Shown one piece after another: positions 13,038-25,460 of a stretch of DNA of 64,000 nt (the first letter of the stretch is position 1; the number at the start of each line of letters is the position of its first letter). The stretch is taken from the NCBI RefSeq assembly GCF_006345805.1, contig NC_043009.1, positions 64,232,001 to 64,296,000 on the forward strand, written 5' to 3'. This DNA is from Octopus sinensis (lineage: Eukaryota). The translations under genes and the position numbers were made by a program. The notes beneath the pieces were generated by a model. It worked only from the letters and a program-made list of their open reading frames with translations. It was not told the DNA's origin and searched no databases.

Positions 13038-13615
13038 TATATATATATATACAAAATAAGAAAATGGAGAAATACACCTTAATCAATAATCAACTACCAG
13101 ATAATACCCATTCACATAATTTATTAACCAACTCCATATGAACATCAAGGTCAAACATAATAGTACAGAACAAAACAGTGCACATCAATGAGTAATATGA
13201 TTACTTATTGTATCATATTACTCATTGATGTGCACTGTTTTGTTCTGTACTATTATGTTCGACCTTGATGTTCATATGGAGTTGGTTAATAATTATGTGA
13301 ATGAGTATTATCTTGTAGTTTATTATTGATTAAGGTGTATTTCTCCATTTTCTTATTTTGTATTATATATATATATTATATATATATACTTTATATTTAA
13401 ATGCAGCCGAACTATAACAAAAGCTGTTTCTCAGAGTTTCACGTTCCCATTCGTCGGACAGTTTTGTTAAAACTGCCCGATGAACAGGAACGCAAAACTC
13501 TGAGCAACTGCTTTTGTTATATTTCTGCTACTTTTAAATAAAGCATATTACTCTACCTCTGGTATTCGAGTACTCTTTATTCCACCTTGTTTCACATTTA
13601 TGTGCTTACTCCGCC

Positions 13616-13673
<58 letters not shown>

Positions 13674-15106
13674 CTAAGCAATAAGGGTTTAGCAACGAGT
13701 TGCCTTACCACATACCGAATTTAGAAATAGCAGTCAAAGGGTTATAGCTATTTCTTCTACTAAAAAGGGAGATCTCAGTAAAAACAGCATTTGGAAGGCA
13801 GACACAAACAGGTAAGAGAGAATGAATTGACTGCAATCTATCATACATTTTTTTAGTTATCCACGGACGTACGTTTCGAAATCAAGTTTTAAGGAAAGCA
13901 TAAGAATTAGATATTAAATATTAAATAATTCTATCTTACCGAAACTTCTTTTCTCTTCAGCGTAGAATACTATAATCATAAATGATTATATATTGAATTT
14001 TGAGATACCAGAAGGCACCAACTCAACTCAGTATCAGAGCGAGCTAGAATCCGCAACTGGTATCACCGAATTCAATATATATATACACATATATATTATG
14101 TATATATGTATATGCACGTGTACATATGTGTGTGTGTGTGTGTGCGTGTGTGTGTACTTGTGTGTGTGCTTGTGTGTGCATGTCTGTGTGTGTGTGTGTA
14201 TGTAAATATTGATTTTATCGAATGGAATTCTAGAAGTGTGACAAATTCGCACTTATTTCAATTGTGTTTTTTTTGCGTGTAATATTTATAGCTGTTATCT
14301 ATAATTTGTTATCTGTGTCTAATGAATAACTACTTTTAAAATGTTTTTCTCTTCAGTTTGAGTTGGTTTGTGACAAAGAATGGCTGAAAAATATTGCAGT
14401 GTCTGCAATTTTTGCGGGTATCCTTGTTGGAAATTTAGTCTTTGGTATATTTTCAGACAGGTAAGTGTTAAAAGTTAGCTGTGTATAAGAATATGATAGG
14501 TTGCATCAAAACGTTCCCGGACTATTTCTGTAGCGCGCCAACAGGTGGCAGCACACGGTTGCGTGCGCAGTGAAAGCTAGTAGCGACCTTCATGAGGCTG
14601 TATGCTGTGTGACAGTCCTATGTTTACTTCACAAGTTGTGAAATTCGTGTTTTTTGTGATCACGTGTATGCTGTCGTCTGTGATTTTGTCATTGACTATA
14701 ATGGAATGGCCAGCCCAATCCACCGATTGAAATCCCATCGAAATTGTACGGGATGAATTGGAGCGCAGAGTGAAAAAGTAACAACCAAGTAGTGCAGAAA
14801 CCCTCGGGACAGTCTTACAAGAGGAGTGGCAAAATATTACCAGCGAATATTTGCTTTCATTGGTCGAAAGAATTGACAGAGTTTGATTCACAGTGATCAA
14901 GGCGAAAGGCGGATATTTCGTTGAGTCTATGATCTCGAGTTTTTCTCTGATTTTTCACAGTTTTGGTTATTTGCTGAGTTAATTATGCCATTCAATGAAT
15001 GTCACTATACATTAAGAAAATACTTCACCAGAATCTCTCAGTCATTTCCATTTTGTAGATGTTTTTACAAAATAAGTTTAGGTGACCTAAAACTTCCAAA
15101 TTATCT

Positions 15107-15150
<44 letters not shown>

Positions 15151-15935
15151 ACATATGTATAAACGTACGCGCATATATACAAGTGCTCATGTGTGTGTCA
15201 CTGTGTGTAAGCCGTCAAAGAATCCATAAGCCAGGAAAATTGCACTCGTATATCTGTCAGGAGAGTGGATATATTAATCGAAGTGTACAGAGCTATATAT
15301 CCATTATGGCTGATGAAGTAGTAATAAACATCAGGAATCACTTAGTACGAGCAATCGCACTGTAAATATTCTGATGGATAAAACCAGGCTTGCTTCGTTG
15401 GATTAGGAATATTATCAGGAGTATAAATTTCAAACAATTACAAAGAATACGGAGACTGGTAAATCGTCAACTTATTTAATTTTATAGACGGCATGCAGCA
15501 TAATTATGCTGTATTATGGTATGTGGCTGAAATTTTCATGATGTACAAGTCTCTAGATTCCTTTTTAATTTATTTGAAATATATATATATATATATTAAT
15601 CGACGTGACAGAATTACATATCCATTATAGCTGACCTTAGCAATCGGTTTCACACTAGGGGTTCAACGGAGTGTTAGGTAACAATCCGACTATGTTATCC
15701 CACGTTCTTCAGAGACTGCACAAGGTTACATAATCGGTCTGTTACTGCACACTCAGTAGGACCCCTAGTGCGAAACCGAGTGGTAAGATCGGCCATAGGG
15801 GATATATAGCTCTGTACACTTCGATTAATATATCCGCTCTCCTGACAGATATACGAGAGTATTATTTCATGGCTTATGGAGTCTTTGACGGTTTACACAC
15901 ACACATGTATATATGCGCGTATGGCTATACATTTG

Positions 15936-16005
<70 letters not shown>

Positions 16006-18482
16006 GAGAGAGAGAGAGTACGAGAGAGAGAGAGAGAGAGAGTGAGAGTGTGTGTTTGTGAGGAATAATGACAGAACAAGAAAGAATTAACTGAGAATAG
16101 CTTAATAATTTGACAAGTGGAGAACGGAAGCTTCAACAAGTAAAACAAAAACAAAAAAAAACTACAAGCTGCTTCGTTGACAAAGTTTAGAACCGTAATT
16201 TGTCTGAATGATTTTATTTTTGGCAGATTCGGCCGATATAAAACCTTCTGCATTGGAGAAATAGTTTACATGGTTTGCAGTTTAACCAAAATAAATGCAC
16301 CAAATTATATTGTGTTCGTCGTTATGTATTTTCTGGAAGGATTCGGATCTGCAGGCACCTATATAATCTTATACACCATTCGTAAGTGTTTTAACAGTCT
16401 TCTTATGCCAACTATTCGTTATTCGTTATCTTGCATTTTAAAAGTTCCATGCAAAAGTCTCCAGCACTACAGAGTGCACCTTCGGGTTCTTGAGATGTGC
16501 TTCGTTGTCTCTTGAGAAAAGGGCGTAGAACTGCTTTCCAAGCTCCGTCTGATATGTTTTGTTGATGGTTTTTGTTTTGTTGGTTCTGCTGTTACTTTAA
16601 TGTTTCATCTGTTTGGTTTTTAGAACGTACCATACATTTTTTTTGCTATTTTATTAGCGGCATTTCGTCTGTTCTTACATTCTAAGTTCAAATTCCGCCG
16701 AGGTTGACTTTGTCTGTCATCCTTTCGGAGTTTTGACATCATCATCATCATCATCAAGGCGGCGATCCGGAAGTGTTGTTAGCACTCTGGAAAAAAAAGC
16801 CATAGCAGCGTTTTCGTCCTTCTTTACGCTCTGAGTTCAATTTCCGCCGAGGTTGACTTGGCCTTTCGTCCCATCCAAGATGATAAATTAAGTGTACCAG
16901 TGAAGCACTGGGGTAGAAATACTTAACTAGTTTATTGACTTTAGAAGCACAACAGGAACCAAGTGGAAAACATAAATGTATCTCACACTAGGTTTTCTGT
17001 CATCAACTGTCCTGCTCTTCACAAAATCAGAATTTTGTTAAGATGCATAGCGGTCCATCCTCTTCTATATACAATCGGAGCTGGAAGGATAAAACTGAAT
17101 CAGATCCGAATTAAAATCAAAATGCAATGGTACATAAGTAATTACTGAAAACAATTATACAAAATGTTTTGACGAATATGTTGTTCATTTGCATTTTTAA
17201 AAATGATTTATCATTTCCTCAAAGACAGAAATTCAAAAATCTTAGGGCCAGTGGCCGATTCTGTTGTTTCTGCAAATGCTGAAATTACCGATGTTTGAAG
17301 TTTTAGACAAGAAAATAAATAAGGTATGACATGTAAGTACTTCACCTAATATGAGAAGGCAGTTTAAGGCAGCGAACTGGCAGAATTGTCAGCTCTCCAG
17401 GCAAAATGCTTAGTGGCATTTCGTCCGTCATGACGTTCTGAGTTCAGATTCTGCTAAGGTCGAATTTGCCTTTCATCGCTTCAGGGCCTATCTCTGAATC
17501 TGCTGTTCTTGTTCCAACATTTGAAACCAAAATATGAATCAGTGTTTGTTTGTTATACAATTAAATTGACATAAATGCCAGTGTGATATTTTCCCCTTTA
17601 TTACAGTGATAGAATGTGTCTCTCAGAATTACAGAATGCGCTTGAATTTTGCTTTTCATGGAACCTTCGCTGTTGGAGAAATAATTCTAGGCGGTGTGGC
17701 GTATTTACTTCGTAAATGGCAGCATCTATTGTATGCTGCATGGTTTCCACACATTCTGATATTCATTATTGCTTTGAAGTAAGTAAATCTTCGCATGATT
17801 TAACGATAATCTCGCTGAATAATGTTCAAACTTATTATTTACAGCTTTCTAAAGTTAATTATTAGTGTTATGTTATTATCGATTTACACTAAATATTTTA
17901 TAAGTTCGATTTCAATTTTTCCAAGAATGCTAGATTACCTCATTGTCTGTAAATGATTCTTATTCGGCAGATATCTTCCTGAATCTCCTAGATGGCTTCT
18001 TAATAAACAAAGATTCGCAGAAGCTGAAAAATCCTTCAACAAGATCGCAAAGTTAAATGGAAAAGACAACGAGGATATGGTAAATCTGATTCGGGAACTT
18101 CAAAGGAAAGCTGAAAGCAAGTCCAAATTCGATGATGCAGTTGTGGAAAATGAAAATTTTGGATATAAGCAAAGAATTTCTGAAAAGCCGAAAACTGTAA
18201 TTGATTTATTAAAAAGGCCGCGAAGTGCGATGATTTCTATAAACATTTGGTTTAACTGGTAAATATTTTATCTTCATAGTTAAAAATTATAGGAAATGCT
18301 TAGCTAAATAGTCTACTGTAACATCTATGGTTATATCGTAGTAACTGCGCGCATATAAATCGGCCTAAACATTAGCCAGTCTTTATAAATAACTACTTTC
18401 GGAAGCTATCATTAATACATACATACATAAATACATGTACAAAATACATACATACATATTTTCATACAAACATACCTACATC

Positions 18483-18527
<45 letters not shown>

Positions 18528-21500
18528 CACACACACACACACACACATGCGATAAAGTAATAACCTAAGGATTCGTCGATTATTCAAGATTTTATTAATC
18601 CAAGAATATTTTTATTGCAGGTTTGTTAACAGTATGCTTTACTACGGAGTGACATTAAATTCTGTTGAAATGTCCGGAAATCGTTATGTAAACTATTTGA
18701 TGATGGCAGTAATAGAAATTCCAGCCACCCTTCTTGGGTGTATAACCTTTCATTGGTTTGGTCATCGTAAGCCGATCGTTTTCTTCATGGTATTTGGAGG
18801 AATTAACTGTATTGTCTCAAACTTTGTGCCAAAAGGTAATATTTTATTATATCAGTTATTAGTATTATTTTAAATATTGCACATATTAAGTATATCATGC
18901 AGTGATATCATTTTATAATTTTCTGGACGGTTACGACTTTTAAACGATGAACAATTATAAGTATCTTATATATATCTATATCTGTGCACGCGCGTGTGTA
19001 TGTGCGTCATTCCAAAAATATGTTGATATCAGTTTGATATTACCAGTAGTCACCGTTCTTTAACCTTCAGTGCACGAGACACGCATACGCAACATAGAAT
19101 TTTCATACCAGGCATACGCTACCTACACGAAAAGAAGCCTTGAAAATATTGGTTAATTTCGACTTAAGAACCCCGTCATTTTAATAGTTCAATAATACAA
19201 TCGCTAATTATATGAAGCAAATTGTCTTCTATTACATCATGTGACCTCCTTATTTTGAAACATTACTCGACGAACGAAATTGTCATGGCGAGTTACAAAG
19301 ATGAGTGTTTGTTACCCTCACTCGAGAAAGTTTACGAAATACCGACTTGACTCGCTACAGAAAAGTTCGGTATACGATCCTAAGTATTGTGGGCGTAAAA
19401 ACCGGAATAAACTACCGTAAAAGAAAAAATTGTTCAACATTCTAATAGTTACCCTTATTCACTGCCCTCGACCTGTAAAATATTTGATGTACATCGAAAG
19501 TTTAAAAAAATGGAGTTGGCTCCGGGATTTGAACCCAGAACGAAAATAAAAAGTATCAAAACCTAACAAATATCTCAACGAATTTCGTCCTACGTTTTAG
19601 TCAGTTTTCTGCCTTGTGTAAATCATCTGCACACAGGGTAACCACCCGACTAGATACTTTAATGTCATCAGATTATACAATTTCAGATCGTCATACATGG
19701 GAAACTGCAATAATATTGTTTTCAAATTTTGGCACATGGCCAGCAACCCCGGGACAGATGCTAAGTCGATTACATCGACTGGTACTTGATTTATTGACCT
19801 CAGTGGAATTTAAAGTCAGAACGTAAAGATGGACGGACGGAATGCCGCCAAGCATTTTGTCCGTCATGCTAATGATTCTTCCAGTTCGCCACCTGACCTA
19901 ATTTTGCCAAAACAATTCTCCTAAAACTATAAGTACTCTCGAGTTTTTGAGTCATTTGCTTGATCCTGTCAAACATTGTATTCCTTTGATAAAGTCCTAA
20001 ATATATTTGTCAATTTCTTACATAGTAACGATGACAGCCGACTTTCTACCAGCTTAAAGATCATAGTAACCCAACTCCACAAAAAGTGATTAATTCGGTT
20101 GATTGTTAAATACTTATTCACTGACTGGAATTAACTCACTATTCTCTTACAGCCTACAGAATTCTAGAGCCCTAATCCTCTTCTATCTAATTCTGTTCTT
20201 TCGACTAATGAACGAATTATGATTACAATAATTAATTTTTTTCTCTCACTGTGCTAAAATATATTTTCAGCTAACTTTTGGTTTCCTCTGATGTTAGCTG
20301 TTTTCGGGAAGCTGGGTGTGACAGCATCATTTTTCGGTATTTATTTAACCTCGGTAGAACTATTTCCAACGGCTGTACGGTACGTGCAATGTTTTACCAT
20401 TTGAACAAGAATTTTTGCATTAATCACAATGTGCTTTAATTGGAATGATTCTGATATAAAATATATTGGGCCCACTGTATGCTTAATTCAGAAAGGTTAT
20501 CGTTCTCCAGTTCGATAATAGAAAATTATCCACATGCTTGCATTTACTGAAAGTTCTTTTCTTTCTAGAATTTAGTTGTTCGGTGGAGTTCTTGGATTGA
20601 AAAAACAAAAAGGATAGGAGTTCTTTCGGTTATAAAAAAGGTCTGTATAGCCGAAAGGGATATTGGGTAGGAGGAGAAATAGAGAAGGTGCTTACCCAAA
20701 ATACCAATGCGTTTCCTCATTGACCCCGCATCCTGAATGCCTCTGGTATCAAGTACACCTAATAGTCTTTCATTCCGTCACTTGGTTTATTTTTATGTGT
20801 TTATATAGTTGCCCTAATTTCTAGTTTTGGTAATATTTTTTTTATTTTCCCGTATATTGACTATAATTATGTTGTATATAAATCAATTCTTGCGAGCAGA
20901 CACACAAGCACATACATGTAATCAGAAAAACGACATTCGTGAATACATAGGGAAACACACACACACACACGCAAATACACACACTCATACACACACACAA
21001 AGAAGAAAGAAATTAGGAAAGAATCATCTGCTTACACCCCCTTACAGTCCCCTTATCTCTCACAACTATCTCCGGACCCCTGCATTTCATTCAATTGAAA
21101 CTTAATATCAATATCCAAGGTTTGCAAAGTATGGACCTCATTCCCACCGTGGGGTCTTAGCCTTGGCAGTATCTCAGTCAATATAGATGGAAATGTGTTA
21201 CAGTGGAAAATAGATTATCATTCGCTACATCTCTCTATCAAGTTGTCTCTCTCAATCTCTCTCTTCCTTATTTATTCCATCTTTTTTTGTTTAACGATAT
21301 ACTCAAATGCACATATCTATAGAGAAATCGACAGGAACAACCATTTACAGTGTTGCCGTGAAGTGTCAAAAACCCAACGTTTCGGATAGAGTACTTCTTC
21401 AGGGGAAACATCTTTCATGTGTTAAAAATTTTAGATTTTCCACTCCCAAGGGCATTTTCATTCTACACTTTCAGTCGATTTCTCTAAATTCTTCAAGTTT

Positions 21501-22049
21501 TGCTGATGCCGATCATCACCGGTCTACTTGGAGTCTCTTTATTCTAAACTTGTCAATCTATATATATAAAACTGAGAATGTGTGTCTGTCTGTCTGTGTG
21601 AATCCCTAAAACTTGAGAACTACACAATCAATTTCATTCAAATTTTACACATGCCTTCCTTAGGGTCCATGTAGTGTCATGGGCAAGAAAGTTTTAACTT
21701 TTTGCCTAGAGCGAGCCCACAGCATATCATATCTTCTCCACACCACTGGTTTTAAATTCATATTAATCAAATTAATATTCTCTTTTTTCTAAACTTGTCA
21801 ATGTTTATATAAAACGTATTCTGTTTTCTTTTATATTCCAGCAACAGTGGCATGGGAACTGCTTCATCGTTTGCTCGAGTTGGTGGAATTCTTGCACCAA
21901 TAATTCTTGGACTTTCCATATATGGCTCTTGGATACCTCTTAGTTTCTATGGAGTCTTCGGAATTGTTGCTGGATTGCTGATCCTTTTACTTCCCGAAAT
22001 GAAGGATGCTTGCTTACTTCAAACAGTGGAAGATATGCATAATTTGTAG
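9693..22049 (+). CDS. SLC22-family organic ion transporter, gene B, intact, 552 aa
   Basis: Exons 9693-9726, 10301-10674, 14357-14460, 16227-16381, 17607-17778, 17971-18258, 18621-18835, 20271-20379, 21842-22049 sum to 1659 nt (553 codons) with all phases compatible. Motifs: SDRFGR (MFS motif A), PESPRWL, ELFPT.VR, LPEMK. The large Cys/N-glycan loop follows TM1. Exon 1 ([11 protein letters not shown]) is inferred from homology with genes C and D and a shared GTCTGA donor. Confidence 0.92.
11514..11858 (+). mobile_element. tRNA-headed SINE, family D, CORE-like
   Basis: A-box TGGCTCAGTGG, B-box GTTCGAATCC, and a CORE-like TTGAGCAAGACACTT...CAGCTGTATAAATG. A second copy is at 56940-57243. Confidence 0.75.
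12638..12724 (-). ncRNA. Type I hammerhead ribozyme fold with intact core in a (TA)n-flanked element (~12555-12970), antisense in gene B intron 2
   Basis: Minus strand: stem I TCCT / CTGAAGA (12718-12712) / long stem II with A10.1-A11.1 / GAA / stem III ACA-GT-TGT / A17 (GUA site at 12644) / GGGA. Confidence 0.65.
13051..13361. repeat. Foldback palindrome, ~150-bp arms, 10-nt spacer, flanked by (TA)n
   Basis: 13051-13201 is the near-perfect reverse complement of 13212-13361. Confidence 0.9.
13390..13618. mobile_element. Palindromic (TA)n-flanked element of the same family as 52134-52413, with two decayed hammerhead cores
   Basis: Shares CCGGAGTAA(A/G)CACATAAATGTGAAACAAGGTGG...GTAGAGTAATATGC with 52134. 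Both cores have U4 changed to C: CCGATGA (13477-13483, +) and CCGACGA (13457-13451, -). Confidence 0.8.
13856..13970 (-). ncRNA. Canonical type I hammerhead ribozyme in a (TA)n-flanked element (~13672-14078), antisense in gene B intron 2
   Basis: Minus strand: TCTACG / CTGAAGA (13960-13954) / 76-nt stem II closed by G10.1-C11.1 (4 bp, 2x2 loop, 6 bp) / GAA / ACG-TA-CGT / C17 (GUC, cut 13866|13865) / CGTGGA. All invariant core bases are present. Confidence 0.8.
14500..14935 (+). mobile_element. Mariner-like 5' end fused to a degraded Tc1 transposase C-terminus
   Basis: 14690-14930 translates as [24 protein letters not shown]...VIKAKGGYF (Tc1 WPxQSPDLNPIE motif). The 5' part is shared with 34835-35100. 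Confidence 0.75.
15107..16045. mobile_element. Foldback/MITE-like element with ~155-bp inverted arms, outer (CT)n/(AG)n and an inner nested inverted repeat
   Basis: 15148-15314 is inverted relative to 15788-15938, and 15595-15668 relative to 15763-15832. The element is absent from gene C intron 3. Confidence 0.75.
16775..16915 (+). mobile_element. SINE-A fragment; further degraded copies at ~16645-16735, 17365-17520 (+) and 19715-19895 (-)
   Basis: CTGAGTTCAA(A/T)TTCCGCCGAGG(T/C)GACTT motif. Confidence 0.65.
21557..21779 (+). mobile_element. Helitron/HINE-like 5' fragment flanked by a 22-bp direct duplication
   Basis: Starts TCTATATATATAAAACTGAGAATGTGTGTCTGTCTG. The repeat CTCTTT(A/T)TTCTAAACTTGTCAA occurs at 21535-21556 and 21780-21801. 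Gene C has a single copy and no insert (~40774-40795). Confidence 0.7.
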
Positions 22050-25000
22050 ATTTATCATTGAAAACTTCTTTCGAGTAATTAAATGGAAAGAAGAATGAAA
22101 TATACAAACGTCTAATATCAAATTTCTAACACTATACTGCATTGATTTAAGTATTTATTATTTGTTACACTTACATCATATTATAACATCTGTAAAAATC
22201 CCAGGTGTACAGCGGTGGGTTATAATCGGCTGAACTGACTCCATCATATTACAACTTTATCATTTATCGATACTTCACTCAAGCTGGGTTACGTATTATC
22301 TGGCAATGTTACAGACACCTGTCGAATAGAATGGACACTAGAACGATGGAAGTCTCACGATGGCAATGTATTCTCCTGAAAGCCTTCAAGAGTGTAAAAC
22401 CACGTTTAAGTTACAGAGTTAATGTCTTCGATAAATTTAATTCTTCGTCAGTAATAGTAGCGGACACTGAGAAAAGTTTCAAGATGGCGGAGAAAGTGTT
22501 TACCACTATTTTGCATGGTTTTGAGGTGATGCATGTTGCTGTAGGTGTTTACTTCCTGTTCATCCTAGATGAAGCAAAAGAGCCTATAGAATAAATATCG
22601 CATTTATTTAAAAAAAAAAAACAAACAAACACCGGGGTCGATTTATTTGACTGAAACCCTTGAAAGCGGTACCCAAAGATGGTCGCGGTCAAATGAGCGA
22701 AACGAGTAAATGAGGAATATCGCATCTTGAGTTCCATAATTAGAACGAGACTTTTGAATGAAAAGAGGAGGAAAAGAAAGAAACAAGAATGAAATGATTT
22801 TAAGGTATTTTCTTAAAATAAAAAAAAAAATCATGAAGCAGTAATTATACTAATGAATTTGTAACGTTTCTTATCGAAGCAATAAAAGACAAACTTTATT
22901 CTTGAAGGTGATCTGAAGAATGTTTCTGTGAACAACAAACATGGCGACATGACATGACTCTGATACATGTCATAAGAATCATAGTGTAGACGGGGAGAAG
23001 TTATATCAGTGGGATTAAGATTATGATGACACAAAGGTTGCAGCCGATGCTAAGGAACTGAATGCTTTATGTTTAGCAGCCGATGAACAAAGCGTCTATT
23101 TATAGGACCGTAGCAGCAGTTAAGGTCTTAAAATAATGTGGAGCATCTTAGAAGAGAGGGGTAAAGGGGGCGAGAGAGAGCGAGTGAGAGGCAGAGGGGT
23201 TAGAGGGGGAAAGAGAAAGAGAGAGCTGAGAGAAGGGAAAAGGGAGAGAGAATGAGGGGGAGGGAGAGAGAGAGCAAGTGAGATAGTGAGAGAGATATAA
23301 AATGTTTGAAGTATGAAGAAAGAGGTTGAAAGGGGAAAGAGAGAGAGGAGAAAGAAAGCAGAGAAGGTGAAATTGGAGAAAGAGGCGTAAGGATGGAGAG
23401 AATTGCAGAGTGTTGAAATGGTAAATGTAACAGAATAATGGACGTAAGTATAAAAGGAGGGAAAATAATATTCACGGAAAGAAAAAAAAAGAAAAGAAAA
23501 AGGAGGAAGTTGTAAAGAAAAATAATGAATAAATCATAAAATATTTAATTTCTGTTGTCTTTTGTATACCGTACATTGTAATTTACTCCAGGAATTATTC
23601 TTCATTTTATAAGTCCACAAAACCGCGTAGATAAACGATAGGTATATTTGTTTCTTTTTCTCATATTTGGAAGGAATCGAATAATTCCTAGCTTGTACAG
23701 CAAACATATTGTACCCCACTGCATTACTGGTAATTTTTACCCACTTCAAACACCTTTCCATAATTTCTTCGTATTTTGTTCCATAGGAACAATATCTCCA
23801 GTCGGTTCCCGGATCTATTTAGTTAAATTGACTCAATTAATTATTAATTGAAACTTAATTCTGTTACCAGTTTTTAGTGAAAAATTTGAATTTTTTCATC
23901 CGAAGTGTAATGGCTTGGACAAAGTTATGTTAACTGTGGATAAAATTCTCGAAATTACTTGGGAATTTTTCTTTTTCACTCTCTTTATTGTTAGACACGA
24001 ACTGACTTCACATAAGTGGCCGAAACAAAAGTTGACAGAAAACTAAAGTTGCATGGAATATTCAGAGAGCCTGATTTTCACCTTGTTCCCAAGACTTCAA
24101 CCAGTGACAACGATCTCTAAGTATTCGGACAAAGAAGACAGTTGCACATAGTAAAATAATACAAGAAATAAACTCCAACAGTTTTACATTATTTAAGTTA
24201 TAGATTAAATGATGAAGATCTGAAACAGTTTTGCCGTAATTTCCGGTGTACAAGTGGACATCGTACACAGGGTAAACATGTCGTGTAAACATCCAAACAA
24301 TGTGCTGTAAATTTTGGACTGAAAAATTCGATTTGGATGCCAGATTATACGGTATATTTTAAAATCTGAATATTAGAGACTAAATTTCGGGCCTTGTGCC
24401 TAGAGTAGAAACGGATTTTTTATCTGTGGATCATTGACACATTTGTGCTTCGATTTGAAACAAATATACTGGCACTCCGTCGGTTACAACGACGAAGGCT
24501 CCAGGTGATCTGATCAGCAGACAGCCTGCTCATGAAATTAACGTGCAAGTGGCTGAGCACTACACAGGCAAGCATACCTTTAATGTGATTCTCAGGGAGA
24601 TTCAGGAGTGGTTGTGGGTATGGTTGTCCGCTGACTTCTCTGTGGAAGGCTCCACCACCCTTTAAGTTACTTTACTTTAAATCGTTCTGTGTGACACGGA
24701 CACCAATTACCCAGTAACTTTCATGGAAGGGTGATCTTAGTCATTAATTTCTCAACTGCGAAATTAAATTTCATGCTTACTCCAGTAATAATGTTAAATA
24801 TCTGCCAGAACATAGAATCCGTATTTTCTGCAAATCGTGATTCCTCTATAAACTTAATATGTCCCAATAGTTCCAAACCTGGCATTTTTCCCACAGAAGA
24901 CAGACCTTTATATAAAACTGATGCTACGATTAAGGGTAACGAACTTTAGAGTGAATATATATGATCTTCGTAGTAAAAGGCTTAATTAACAGCGAGTGTA

Positions 25001-25063
25001 ATCTTTAGGCATATATTTCAAAGACTGAGGCGATGGTTATTTATTGTATAAACTTATATCATA

Positions 25064-25460
25064 GGCGCAGGAGTGGCTGTGTGGTAAGTAGCTTGATTAC
25101 CAAGCACATGGTTCCGGGTTAAGTCCCATTGCGTGGCATCTTGGGCAAGTGTATTCTGCTATAGCCCCGGGCCGACCAATGCCTTGTGAGTGGATTTGGT
25201 AGACGGAAATTGAAAGAAGCTTCTCGTATATATGTATGTGTGTGTGTTTGTGTCTGTGTTTGTCCCCCTAGCATTGCTTGACAACCGATGCTGGTGTGTT
25301 TATGTCCCCGTTACCTGGCGGTTCGGCAAAAGAGACCGATAGAACAAGTACTGGGCTTACAAAAAGAATAAGTCCCGGGGTCGAGTTGCTCGATTAAAGG
25401 CAGTGCTCCAGCGTGGCCGCAGTCAAATGACTGAAACAAGTAAAAGAGTAAAAGAGAGAG
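25064..25460 (+). mobile_element. tRNA-headed SINE, family B (GGCGCAGGAGTGGCTGTGTGG head, internal microsatellite, (AAAAGAGT)n tail)
   Basis: Full-length match to the copies at 34078, 46167, 47374 and 63273. It is absent at the paralogous site (~7817). Confidence 0.85.

Noticed and set aside
13051-13361. Hammerhead within this palindrome (TTGATGT after a TACTCA/TGAGTA stem)
   Set aside because: There is no GAAA and the core has two mismatches.
21380-21418. Minus-strand CTGAAGA-AGTACTCTATCC-GAAACGTT-GGG motif
   Set aside because: Stem II does not pair convincingly, and the paralogous copy at ~40615 has lost stem III.
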